Origin: Octopus vulgaris
Taxonomy: Eukaryota
Assembly: GCA_951406725.2 (NCBI GenBank)
Contig: OX597816.1
Span: forward strand, 159,898,001-159,962,000
Reading direction: 5' to 3'
Length of the DNA: 64,000 bases
Below are positions 24,045-36,685 of the stretch, in pieces. The notes beneath the pieces are model-generated. The model worked only from the letters and a program-made list of their open reading frames with translations. It searched no databases and had not been told where the DNA came from. The position numbers were made by a program, and so were the translations under genes. The stretch's first letter is position 1. Every line of letters begins with the position of its first letter.

Positions 24045-24120
24045 TGTATGTATGTATGTATGTATGTATGTATGTATGTATGTATGTATGTATGTATGTA
24101 TGTATGTATGTATGTATGTA
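24010..24120. repeat. (TATG)n microsatellite
   Basis: Directly visible. Confidence 0.95.
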
Positions 24121-24311
24121 TATACGTACATACACAAACTCACACGAGAAGAAGAGAGAGCGGGGAAGAATTGCTGTATAAACATCCAAAAATAAATCCA
24201 CGGTAATTAAGAGCTCAATTAATAACCGGTCGTAAAACTCAAATACGTTGTTATATTGCAGTGAGATTAAGTTTTTCTGCTTTTATTATATACATACGTA
24301 TAGATGGCGAT

Positions 24312-25159
24312 GTGGAGGCGCAATGGCCCAGTGGTTAGGGCAGCGGACTCCTAGACCGGGCGTTGTGAGTGTTTATTGAGCGAAAACACCTAAAGCTCCA
24401 CGAGGCTCCGGCAGGGATGGTGGTGATCCCGGTTGTACTCTTTCACCACAACTTTCTCTCACTCTTACTTCCTGTTTCTGTTGTACCTGTATTTCAAAGG
24501 GCCGGCCTTGTCACTCTCTGTGTCACGCTGAATATCCCCGAGAACTACGTTAAGGGTACACGTGTATGTTGAGTGCTCAGCCACTTACACGTTAATTTCA
24601 CGAGCAGGCTGTTCCGTTGATCGGATCAACCGGAACCCTCGTCGTCGTAACCATAGATGGCGAGCTGGCAGAAACGTTAGCACGCCGGGCGAAATGCATT
24701 GCAGTATTTCGTCTGCCGCTACGTTCTGAGTTCAAATTCCACCGAGGTCGACTTTGCCTTTCATCCTTTCGGGGTCGATAAATTAAGTACCAGTTACGCA
24801 CTGGGGTCGATATAATCGACTTAATCCGTTTGTCTGTTCTTGTTTGTCCTCTCTGTGTTTAGCCCCTTGTGGGCAGTAAAGAAATAGGTATTTCGTCTGT
24901 CTTTACATTCTAAGTTCAACTTCTTCTGAGGTCGACTTTGCCCTTCATCGTTTTGAAGTCGATGAAATAAATACCAGTTGAGTACTGAGATCGATGTAAT
25001 TGAATTACACACTCCCGCCAAATTTCAGTCCCATGAACCTACAGGAGAAAGGATTATATGTATGTGTGAGTGTATGAGTGTGTAATAAGTACTACGGTCG
25101 TTTCATTCGACTACAGTTCTTCAAGGTGATGCCCCAGCATGGTCGCAGTCAAGTGACTG

Positions 25160-25205
<46 letters not shown>

Positions 25206-25373
25206 TTATAGGTGCAGGCGTCGCTATGTGGTAAGAATCTGGCTTCCCAACCACATTGTTCCGGGTTCAGTCCAACCGCGTGGTACCTTGGGCAGGTGTC
25301 TTCTACTATAGCCTCGGGTTGACCAAACCCTTGTGAATGGATTTGGTGGACGGAAACTGAAAGAAGCTTCGTC

Positions 25374-25432
<59 letters not shown>

Positions 25433-25650
25433 TATATATTTGTGTGTGTTTGTCCCACCACCATCGTTTGAGAACCGATGGTGGTGTGTTTATGTCCCCG
25501 TAACTTAGCGGTTCGACAAATGAAATCAATAGAATAAGTACTAGGTTTACAAAGTATAAGACCTGGGGTCGATTTCTTCGACTATAACCATTTAAGGCGG
25601 TGCTCTAGCATGGCCGTAGACAAATGACTGAGACTAGTAAACGAATAATA
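24312..25650 (+). mobile_element. Cluster of three tRNA-derived SINEs (24312-24650, 24658-25050, 25211-25650)
   Basis: Each matches a family seen elsewhere in the window; tRNA-like heads are visible. Confidence 0.75.
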
Positions 25651-25662
25651 TATAAACAAGAG

Positions 25663-25708
<46 letters not shown>

Positions 25709-25895
25709 GAAAATAGGAAGATGCCCTTGCATTTGAAAACTATGGAAATATTTTAAAAAAACATTTCATTTAATTTTTTCACAATTTAATTGTGTTTCAT
25801 GCTTTACTCTAAGTCGAAAAAGTCGCAAAGGATGAAACCGGTACTAAAATGTTCTTCATGATAAAATTATTTTAGCATTTTCTACCTTGTCTTAT

Positions 25896-25961
<66 letters not shown>

Positions 25962-26133
25962 AAATAAAAACAAAATAGAGATTGGGAATTTAATAATTTT
26001 TTTATTATTAACCACAAATTAATTATCAGCCCTTACAGCTGTTTCAATTAATACTCAGTGAATATTAATTAAATATTAAATTCATATAATCTGAGCATAA
26101 CATATTCAGAGGGAATATATATACATATATATA

Positions 26134-26230
<97 letters not shown>

Positions 26231-26261
26231 AGTTGAACGAAGATTGAACAGAAATCGTTTT

Positions 26262-26352
26262 ATTTCATTCTACACGTGTTTCGAAAGGCACAATTTACCA
26301 AATTCCGATTGAATAATGAGACCATATTGTGTCTTTCTCTTCAGGAAGAAAT
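26262..26352 (-). ncRNA. Type I hammerhead ribozyme of the Penelope-like pseudo-LTR
   Basis: Minus strand: ATTTC-TTC CTGAAGA GAAAGACACAAT...ATTGTGCCTTTC GAAAC ACGT GTA^ GAA-T-GAAAT. Intact core, long stem II and palindromic stem III. Confidence 0.85.
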
Positions 26353-26581
26353 AGGAAATCCGTTGGAAAAAACAAAAACAGAACAGAGGCGGAGCAAAAC
26401 AAATCGAACTAGGCTCCTAAGAGCCCATGGCCAAACTGTTTATCAGTGTATGTTGAAAACGGGTGGTGGGTGCGTTGAAGATTTTAACGGGTCAGGCAGC
26501 GGTCATTTCGGTGGGTGAGGGCACGGGGTGTGTAGATGTTCTTTGTGACCTAGAGTAAAGTTCTGAGTTAATAGTGACGTA

Positions 26582-27070
26582 GTGGAAAATAAAGTAGTAA
26601 GCGGCTGCAGTTCTCGCAACAAATATAGTGACAGTAACGCAGTTCTAATTTCAGAAACTAATCCTAGCAGAATAAGATTCACGTCGGCCACCTCCAAGAT
26701 CAGAAACACCGTCTACCAATGCAAGGTTCACACGGACTCAGATGTCTACGCCTATGTAGGGGCCTCATCGTCAAGATTGGCTTTACGAATCTCCAACCAT
26801 TACGCAACTTTTCGAGACATGAATAAACGCCAGACCACGGGACTTAGCAAGCTAATATGGAGATTGAAGAATACGAACTCAAGCTACAGGCTGGAATGGT
26901 CAATTTTGTCGGTGGCCCTCCCATTTGATAGGGGCAGAAGGAAGTGCAACCTTTGTGTCTCCGAACTCTTCCATATATTGTTTGCCAGAGACCGGATGGT
27001 AAACGGACTTTTACAGTCGGCTTTTCGATGCCCCCATTGGCGGCGTTATACTTATCTAGCTTATAAATAA
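26582..27070 (+). CDS. GIY-YIG endonuclease domain of a Penelope-like element (5'-truncated, no RT)
   Basis: NTVYQCKV...AYVGASSSRLALRISNHYATF...GLSKLIWRLK...CNLCVSE...RCPH. The listed start is GTG; the frame is cut by the inversion junction at 26566. Confidence 0.75.
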   Translation: MENKVVSGCSSRNKYSDSNAVLISETNPSRIRFTSATSKIRNTVYQCKVHTDSDVYAYVGASSSRLALRISNHYATFRDMNKRQTTGLSKLIWRLKNTNSSYRLEWSILSVALPFDRGRRKCNLCVSELFHILFARDRMVNGLLQSAFRCPHWRRYTYLAYK

Positions 27071-28329
27071 CGCTTATAAATAATACCTGAACCCGGTTAC
27101 ACTACTTATATGAAAATAGCCCTTGGTAATAAATTCTGAAAAAGCCTTTAAGAAAAATATGATTAACCATTGCAAGTGGAATTACTCCTGTGAGATGAAT
27201 GGGGCTTTGTTTTTTGACGACGGGGGGTTTCTTTGACAAGGCATGATTAGACGAACACACGCACACATAAAATATTTTTTCTGCCGCCCGACCGATCTTA
27301 CAGCAGTGACCATTGTGTAGAGCTGTTTACCAACTGACAGCCGCGCGATCAAACGCACACACGTACACATAAAATGTTTTCTACCCCTTGACGGATTTCT
27401 CGGCAGTGACCAGAATGTAGCGCTTCTTGCCATCTTGCGCCCGTACACATATATAGAACAGTAAACACACACATGTCTCTAAGTAGTTGTTGGCTCGCCC
27501 CATACAATACATCTAATATTCTTCAAATAGTCAGAACTTTACTCTAGGTCACAAAGAACATCTACACACCCCGTGCCCTCACCCACCGAAATGACCGCTG
27601 CCTGACCCGTTAAAATCTTCAACGCACCCACCACCCGTTTTCAACATACACTGATACCAAATTATTTGGCTACCAAATAATTGTCACGTATTACATTTAC
27701 AGATATTAAGGCGGCAAGCTGGCAGAAACGTTAGCACGCCGGGCGAAATGCTTAGCAGTATTTCGTCTGCCGCTACGTTCTGAGTTCAAATTCCGCCGAG
27801 GTTGACTTTGCCTTTCATCCTTTCGGGGTCGATGTCTGTCCTTGTTTGTTCCTTCTGTGTTTAGCCCCTTGTGGGTAGTAAAGAAATAGGTATTTCGTCT
27901 GTCGTTACGTTCTGAGTTCAAATTCCGCCGAGGTCGACTTTGCCTTTCACTGGGGTCGATGTAATCGACTTAATCCCTGTGTCTGTCCTTGTTTGTCCCC
28001 TCTATGTTTAGCCCCTTGTGGGCAGTAAAGAAATATATTACATTTACATATATACATATGTAAAATACCTTGCCGCATTTGTTTCTGCACTCTAAGTTCG
28101 AGTTCCGCTGAAGTCAACTTTGTTTTTCGTAGTATCGGGGTCGATAAATAAAAAGCTGTGAAGAATTGGAGTCATCTTTTCTCCTTTCCATTTTTTTTTC
28201 TCAGAATCTACTGCGAAATAACGTCGGAGTGGTGTCACTCTCGCATGTTTCTACACCACTTTCGGTCTTTACATGAATATGATCTTATGATAAAAATACT
28301 CACGTTCATCTGTCATCTCTAGTATTCAG

Positions 28330-28835
28330 AAGAGAGGGAGAGAAAAAGTGTGTGTCTGTGTGCGACGTGCGTAAGAGAGAAATAGAAATGTGAGCGATTG
28401 TGAGAGAGAAAGCGATGTGTGAGAGAAAGAAGAGTGATAAATAGAGTAAGAGAGAATGAGGAAGAATGTGAGCAACGGTATGAAGGTGACAGAATGAGAA
28501 AAGGTGAAAGACAAATAGAATGAGAGTGTGTATGCGATAGCGAGAAAGAGAAAGAAAAAGAAAGAGAGCGAGAGAGAGAAAAGGGCGAGAATGTGTATGT
28601 GTATGTGTGTGTGTGTGTGAGTGTGTGTGTGTGAGTGAGTGAGAGAAAGAGAAGAGAAGAAACAACCAGAGTGAGGGTGTAAGTGTGTGTGACAGTGAGA
28701 CGGAGAAGTAGAGCTAGAAGGAGAAAGATTGAAAAAGAAGACAGTGAGAATGAGAGTATGTATGTGTGAAACAGAGAGAGAGAGAGAGAGAGAGAGGGTG
28801 AGGGAGAGAGAGAGGGTGAGAGGGAGAGAGAGAGA
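28330..28835. repeat. GA/GT-rich low-complexity tract
   Basis: Directly visible purine-rich repeats. Confidence 0.85.
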
Positions 28836-29414
28836 ATATTGTTGAATAAACGGAAAGTGACTCTCCCAGTTGGAGGTGTCATGTGACCGGCCTATTCACC
28901 ATTAGTTGGAATGATGTCGTTGAGTGTATAATGGAATATAGATGCAGCTCCCTGATGGACTTTTATTGTCCAGCTCATGATTCGGGGGTCCTGACTACTG
29001 ACCACACACACCTGTAATGGTCAATACGTCATGAGTACCAATATAAACAATTCTTACCTACATTTAAAACAGTCTTGAGGGGAAAAAAAGACACAAAAAG
29101 CAAGGAAGACAATTCAACAACAAAAAACAAAAAGTGAGTGAGAAAAAACGAAGAGAAAACTCAAAAATTAATTAAACAAAACACAAAGGTAACAGTAATT
29201 ATATCTCGGCATGTTTTCTTTGATAATTTAAATGCATATTGTAGTTTTTAATTAATAGAGCTTGTTTATTTTGCATTTTAAACTACTTATGGGAACTGAA
29301 AAAATAAATTTCCACCCCACGAATGGAGAAATTTGTCGTCGTTTTATAAATAGGAAGGACACATTGTTAGATGTCTTTAGAGACTGGGATGGTTATAGAT
29401 GGTGCTTATATATA

Positions 29415-29450
<36 letters not shown>

Positions 29451-32400
29451 TATATCAAGTTAACCTACTATTAAACAACCACAGGGTATCTAATCTACTA
29501 TTCATATTTTGAGATTTACGAACTACGAATCTTTTTCTCTCGCACTCTTATAATATAATGTAATACACGCACACACCAAGGTGATATATATATATATATA
29601 TATATATAAATATATATAAACTGATGCAATTAAAAACTAGGTTTGATGGGCTCATCTTCGCGTGTGTATTCATTCGATCATTGCAATTTTTTTCTTTTAT
29701 TATTTCTGCAGTTTTAATAGAAGTTACTAAAAGAAAAATAACACAAGATACTAATTACAATATTTTTACTTAATTCTACATGCATTACCGTGTAGTATTG
29801 CCTTCCTGGTTATAGTGTGTGTATATATATATATATAAGTTGGTTCATTCCTTGCACCAACAAAAAAATGCAGTATTAGAAAATCTTGCAAATAGAGTCT
29901 CAGGCGTAGGGTCGTAGAGAGGGCGAAAGTAATTATGCCAAAAATACAATTTGGTCACAGCTAGAACGCTTCTAAAGAAAAATTGGCCATTTAGGAAAAC
30001 AGACTGATTTTTATAAAGCATTCAATATCAGGAAATAGCGACTAAACTCATGTTTGAAACAAATTGTTATAAAAGGAAATTTTTAAAAAGACTTCATCAA
30101 AATAATCGTAGCCCCAAACTCAGATCCTAAACCTTAATCTCAAAATCCTTACTCCTGGGACTTTGTTTCAGCGTAACTTTTTTTTAATAATGCATTTTTG
30201 TTTTCTTTTTCGTAAGGTATCAACCATTTCCCATTTTGAAAATGTACTGTTTCGGAGCTTTAAATTCAAGGATATCCATGTATGATTGTCATACGCACGT
30301 TTAAGAAACATTTTGAATCATGCATAAATTTATGGTCGACTCTATAAGTTTCTTAAAGATTCACTTCTAAAATATTACAATTGCATGTGATATGCTTTTT
30401 TTTTTTTTTAAAAAAAAGTCTAATTTATTGTTTTACTTTTCTGTATCATTTGTTGCTGATATTTTAAAGGCAGTTTTTGCTGTTTTTGTAATGGATTAAC
30501 ATACATGAACGGCAGGTTATATCATAATCACGCACTCGCTTTAAATTGCACAACACAAACAGGTCGGATTGTATTTCTATCCAGCCAACGGACATATGAG
30601 AAAATAGCTGGAAAATTCTCAAATAACGAAGGCAGTACGCAAGTACTTGTTTGCACGTCAAACTTTGATACTACGATCCTCATATTTACTTCATGGGTGA
30701 TTGCTGTGACAATGTAAGATTGATTGCTTTATTTAGGTAGTATTGAATTGAATAGAAGTGTTTAACAGGCGTGACTGGTAGGCGTTATTATGTAGGTTAA
30801 GTATCTACAGATTCAAACTCCGTATTGATGTTCATTTCAAAAACTATCGACCCTAAATTTGTAAACATTCATATTACATAGCACACACATGCATGTGAGT
30901 GTGTGTTATATTCACCCACGCACTTACGAAATTATCTACCCTTTCCTTCTCTTCTGATCCACAATTTATATTCTCCCTTACACTCACCCTCTTGTATCTT
31001 GAAAGTACGCTATCTTTATCACCTTTCCTGCTAGTCTCTCTGACCCGCGCATAATGTGGAGTAGCCATATATTTCCTCTGTAGTTAGACACCTGCGCTTT
31101 TCCCCACTATCATACTTTAGCCTTCTACACCGGACATAAAGCTGCCCCTCCCCCTCGGTTGAAGGGGCTTTTCTTTTTCCCTTTCTTTATCTTGTCTTAC
31201 CAGTTATTTAGTGACCTCAGTAGTGCCAGTGTCATGAAAAAAGGCACCCACTACTCTATAAAATGTTTGACATTAGGAAGGGCATCCAACTGTAGAAACC
31301 ATGCCAAAACTGACGTTGGGGTCTGACGCAACTTGTAAGATCCTATCAAACCATCCTATTCATGTCAGCATGTAAAACTGACATTAAGGGAGGATAATGA
31401 TGATGGTTGTCTATGAAGGTTGTAATACCAATAAAAACTGCCTCATTCTTTCAAACAGTGCAACTTTTGCCAGCACGGAAAACAATTATGTATCATCATA
31501 AAATGTTGATGATGATGATATATAATGCTTAGTCATTACTTATATTTTATCTGGGATATTTTGAGAAGTTGTCTCTTATGAGGGAATAATTAAAATTAAA
31601 GACAATATTAATTCTTAGTCCCTTCCTTTGCTTTTCAACCACATACACTTAGGTTAAAACCCATTGCACTGAACCTTATGCACATGCCTTGTTATTGCCT
31701 TGGGCCTGCCAATAACTTGTAAGTGGAATTAATGTATATATTTCCAACCTTCATTTTCTGTGCTGGCATGGGTTGGACAATATTTTGTCATTACATGTTT
31801 TCTTTCTTGGATATTTTGAAAAGTTTCTTTTTTATCATCACCACCACTTGACAACTGGTTCTGGTTTGTTTATGTCCCTGTAACTTAGTGATTTGGGGAA
31901 AGAGACTGATAGTATAAGTACAAGACTTACGGAAAAAAACCAAAAAACAAGCACGGTGGCACGTCAAAAGCACCATCCGATCATGGCTGTTTGCCATCCT
32001 CGTCTGGCACCTGTGCACGTGGCATGTAAAAAGCACCCACTACACTCACGGAGTGGTTGGCGTTAGGAAGGGCATCCAGCCGTAGAAACACTGCCAGATC
32101 AGACTGGGCCTGGCGCAGCCTTCTGGCTTCCCAGACCCCAACTGAACCGTCCAACCTATGCTAGCATGGAAAACGGACGTTAAACGATGATGATGAAGCA
32201 CTAGTGTCAATTTGTTCAACTAAAACCCCTCAAGGCAGTGGTCTAGCATGGCTGCAGTTCAATGACTGAAACCAGTAAAAGATAAAAAAGCGACGGTAAT
32301 GATTAGAAAGCCTTTGATCATTCATTTTGATTAGTTCTGACTTGGAATTAAACAATAACAGGTGTATAGAAAGGCACTAGGAAGTGGAGAGATGACATTC

Positions 32401-33834
32401 AGAATGTCACATTATACCACGCCACCACCACCACCATGTGATTCACCATAGCAATTTGAGAATATGCTGTATGTTCCTCAGTTAGGTAGAAGCATAACAT
32501 ATCTGGGAAACTAAAACTATTAATTGCACCTAGTTGTTCAATCAACAAACTGGATACTCTCAGCTTGCTCAATTTGCAGTAATATTATTAATACAACATG
32601 TATGAGTTCAAATACTGGTTTATTTCTTTTAATGTGTTTATCTTCAGAGCAGACAGTGTCAATTCAAAGAAAAATAAGTAAACATTAGCACATATATTTG
32701 TAGTTTGTATGACAAATTGTCATATTAAAAAGTGGCTTTCTTTTGATAGTGTCAGTGGTCTCCTTTCTTTTGTTAAAAATTTCTCTTTTAACCAAGCGTT
32801 ATTTACAGATATTACCTAATCCCTTAGTATGCAGATTATTCTGTCAAATCTAATGCTTACTAACTAATATTGCTTTAAACTACAGTATTTACATTAAATA
32901 GATAGGTTTCCCCACCTTGTTGTTACCACAACATTTCGGCTGATGTACTATCCAGCCTTCACTAGGTGTCCTGGTGGAATTTTGAACCCAACCCTTTAAT
33001 TGACTAATGGGGTACTCTTTTCTCATTCCTAGGGTATTTTTTGCCAATATTATTATTATTATTTCTTCAAGTCACTGCTTTGGATTGAACCCGAAATCTT
33101 GGGGTTAGTAGCCTGTGTTCTTACATATGCTATATGCCCAGTGTTTTGAATTAATCAAGAATTATGTTGTCACTTTGAGATTTTGATAATGTGATTATTT
33201 ATTTTTAGAATGACATGATAGGGTTGATGGGAGAGGTGAGATCTGGCCAGTTTGAACATAAAACTTGTAGAATTATTTGACCGGATATGGTCAGTTTGAA
33301 TGCTAAAGGGTTAATCTATAACTTTTTCCTCTATACAAAAACCTTCCACGTACCACCAGACAAGAGTATCAATATATATTGCACACACATACATAGACAT
33401 AATGCACACACACATAAATATATATATATAGACCTCTGGAGATATGCTGAGATTGAGAAGACCCAGCAAGTAAAGTGAGATCACAGCCATAGCCTATACC
33501 AGTGTTGCATAACCAGCCCATTTAAAAAGTACCTTTGAATCATCAGGTGACATGTAAAAAGCACCATCTGAATGTGGTTGATGCCAGCCCCACCGCCCTG
33601 ACTGGCTCCTGTGCCAGTAGCACGTAAAAAGTACTATCTGAGCATGGCCTATGCCAGTGCCCCCTGACTGGCTCCCGTGCTGGTTGCACATAAAAAGCAC
33701 CCACTATACACTCGGGGTGGTTGGCATTAGGAAGGGCATCCAGCTGTAGAAACTCTGCCAGATCAGATTGGAGCCTGGTGTGACCACCTGTCCAACTCAT
33801 GCCAGCATGGAAAATGGATGTTAAACGATGATGA

Positions 33835-33883
<49 letters not shown>

Positions 33884-35399
33884 GTAGGTAGGTAGGTACA
33901 GGAGTGGCTGTGTAGTAAGTAGCTTGCCTACCAACCACATAGTTCCGGGTTCAGTCCTACTGTGTGATACCTTGGGCAAGTGTCTTCTACTATAGCCTTG
34001 AGCCAACCAAAGCCTTGCAAGTAGATTTGGTAGGCGGAAACTGCAAGAAGCCTGTTGAATATATGTGTTTGTCCCCCCCCCACTATCACTTGACAACTGA
34101 TGTTGGTGTGTTTATGTCCTCATAACAAGTCCTGGGGCTGATTTGTTTGGCTAAAGATGGTGATCCAGCATGGCCGCAGTCAAAATGACGGAAGCAAATA
34201 AAAAACTAAAAGGATATATATATATATATACATACACATACATAGTTAATACAAATAAACGAATATAAATGGACAACATGAGGACATGCACAAGAAATGT
34301 ATTAGCTTGGTACTCAGTGATAGGTGAAAGTTTGATGTTTTGGGCATAGCTCTTTGTCAGAAAAAGAAAAGCAGAAGAAATCGCCAATGGTACCTGTGTA
34401 ACATGTATATAATGTATGTGTGTACAAGCTAACTGTATTAAGTAAGGAGCCAATGAGGCAATCTCTACACAATCAATCTGCTCAAAATAGCAGCCAAATT
34501 GCATTTTATTGTCTCAAAAGATAAGGGTCAATTGGGTAATGTAGGGGAAGAATTAACTGAAACAGATAGTTAAATGATGTGGAAGGAAGTAAAAGTAGAA
34601 AGCTTAGATAATTATCAACACATGGTTGTATGATTGAGAAACATGCTTCCCAACCATGTGGTCTTTGGTTCAGTCCCACCATCTTGCACATTGAACAAGT
34701 GTCTTCGACTATGACCCTGGGGCAACTAAAACCTTGTGTGTGGGTTTGGCTGACAGAAACTGAAAGACGCCTGTCATATATATCACCATCATTTAATGTC
34801 AATATTTGACGAGTTTTTGTGTATCCTTAGCTGGACATCACATGACATTTGTAAATGAGTGTTATAGTGATACAAGTAAAGTTGTTTGTTTCCAGTTTTC
34901 TATGAAAAACATGTCTGGCCAAGGGGAAATATTACTTTGCTTGATAATAGGCAAGGGTTGGCTACAGGAATGGCATCCACCTGTAAGAAATCTGCCTCAA
35001 CAAATTCCATCTCACTCATGCAAGCATGGAAAATTGGATATAAGAATGATGTAGATACACACACACACACACTAACCACATGCGGGACTACACTGCACTC
35101 AGTTTTTTGAGCTGCTCAAAAGTAGTTCCTAAGTGTCAATAAAACCCTTTACCACTTATCTTTTAAATCAAGATCACAGTTTTTAAGTTTAGAATGCTGT
35201 ATCCACCAAGATAGATATTTAGATAAATGTAAATTCTCCCTAAATTTCAAGGGCCTTAGAAATATCATTGGTAAACCATGGTTTTCTGGTGTTAAGCAGA
35301 TAGAACAGATTTCAATATCCTATCCTGGAAATTGATTACAGGTCATATTTCCAGGCAATCTGGTACCCATTCTCGATCTTCTTTCATTCTTTAGGTGCC

Positions 35400-36260
35400 T
35401 TGTCCAGAATGTAGACCAGGGACAATGATGTCCTGCCACAATTCTCTGTTCTTCATTTTCTGTAACAGTTCCACTTCCTGATGTTTAATGTCTCTTTCTT
35501 CTAACCAGTTTGTCAAGCTTGACATCCATATCATCCTTCTCACTTCCTCTGTTTCTTTTCCCTTCAGTCTTTCTGGTCATTACTGAATTCACCTGGCCCT
35601 CTTTCCTCATCACACGACGAACAAATCTCAGTTGCTTGGCCCTTATCTCATGAAGCAGTTTCCTATTTATCACAACCCTGGATATCACTTCTTCATTAGA
35701 CACTTTGTCCATGCTATCCTCAATATTCTCCGAAAGAACCACATTTCACAGCTCTCCAAACACTTTCTCATTTCTGATGTTATAGACCTAGTCTTTAGAC
35801 CTACATTAGCGCAAGGTAGACATAGCAGTTCAATAAATGGGTCTTCGTCTTGATCTTCAGAGTATATTTTCTCAAGATATACAATTTTGAGAATTCAGGT
35901 TTTGCAAGCACTATTTGTCTTTTGATCTCCTTCATACATCTTGTGTCTTCTGTGATTAAAGTTCCAAAGTAGTTAAAGGATTAATGATTTGATTGTTAGC
36001 TTTCATCATGCACTTTGGACTTCCCTTCTTTATCACCACCATACACTTTGTCTTCTGGCAATTTATGAACAGACCCTTCCTCTCACTTTCTCAGAAGCCT
36101 CTGAAGCTCCTTTTCCAATTCTGCAAGTAAGGCTGTCATCTGCCTATCTCATGTTTGTGATATTTCTGTCTCCTACCCTAAAACCTTTTTCCTTCTCCAC
36201 TCCCCTTATGATCAATTCACCATAGTAATTGAAGAAATCTGGTGACATAACCTGTTCCTG
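35400..36260 (-). mobile_element. Decayed RTE/BovB LINE fragment
   Basis: DKVSNEEVISRV...RKLLHEIRAKQLRFVRRVMRKEG; a degenerate YADD-region remnant lies near 36140. Confidence 0.65.
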
Positions 36261-36468
36261 ATAGCTAAGTGAATTAAAGTGCAATGGAATTGTGTTAAAT
36301 AAATAAAAAACATGTTGTAAAGCACAGGCATGGCTGTATGGTTAAGAAGTTTGCTTTGTAGACTGTCTCATAGCACAGCATCTCAGGCATATTTTGCTAT
36401 AGCTCTGGGCCTTGTGAGTAAAGTGGGCAGATGGAAATTATAAGAAGCTTGTGCTCAGATGGCAACTA

Positions 36469-36685
36469 CGAAGGGGTGCTGAAAAGTTCCTGACTTAAAG
36501 GGTATCGTGAAAAGCCTGGTTGGAGGCCCAACCTTCTAAGTTCTTTTACAGGGCTTAGAAAAACTGAAGGACCACTGCAATGCATGTGTGAATCTGAGAG
36601 GGGAATATATTGAATAAAATCATAATTAACTGATCTGCCTGTATTTTCTTTTACCCAAAGCCAGGAACTTTTCATCACCGCTTCA
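36469..36685. mobile_element. Mariner-type MITE
   Basis: TA|CGAAGGGGTGCTGAAAAGTTCCTG ... CAGGAACTTTTCATCACCGCTTCA; imperfect 24-bp TIRs. Confidence 0.65.

Larger units (their letters stand above)
26229..27656 (+). mobile_element. Penelope-like element: inverted pseudo-LTR, GIY-YIG endonuclease 3' region and partial pseudo-LTR
   Basis: A perfect 126-bp inverted repeat (26441-26566 and 27531-27656) flanks a GIY-YIG ORF. A hammerhead lies in the inverted arm. Confidence 0.85.

Noticed and set aside
25794-25850. GAAAC-CG-GTA hammerhead 3' half within a GTTTCAT...ATGAAAC hairpin
   Set aside because: No CUGANGA box upstream; at best a rearranged remnant.
33065-33140. tRNA gene on the minus strand
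   Set aside because: Degenerate SINE head; the acceptor and D stems do not pair.
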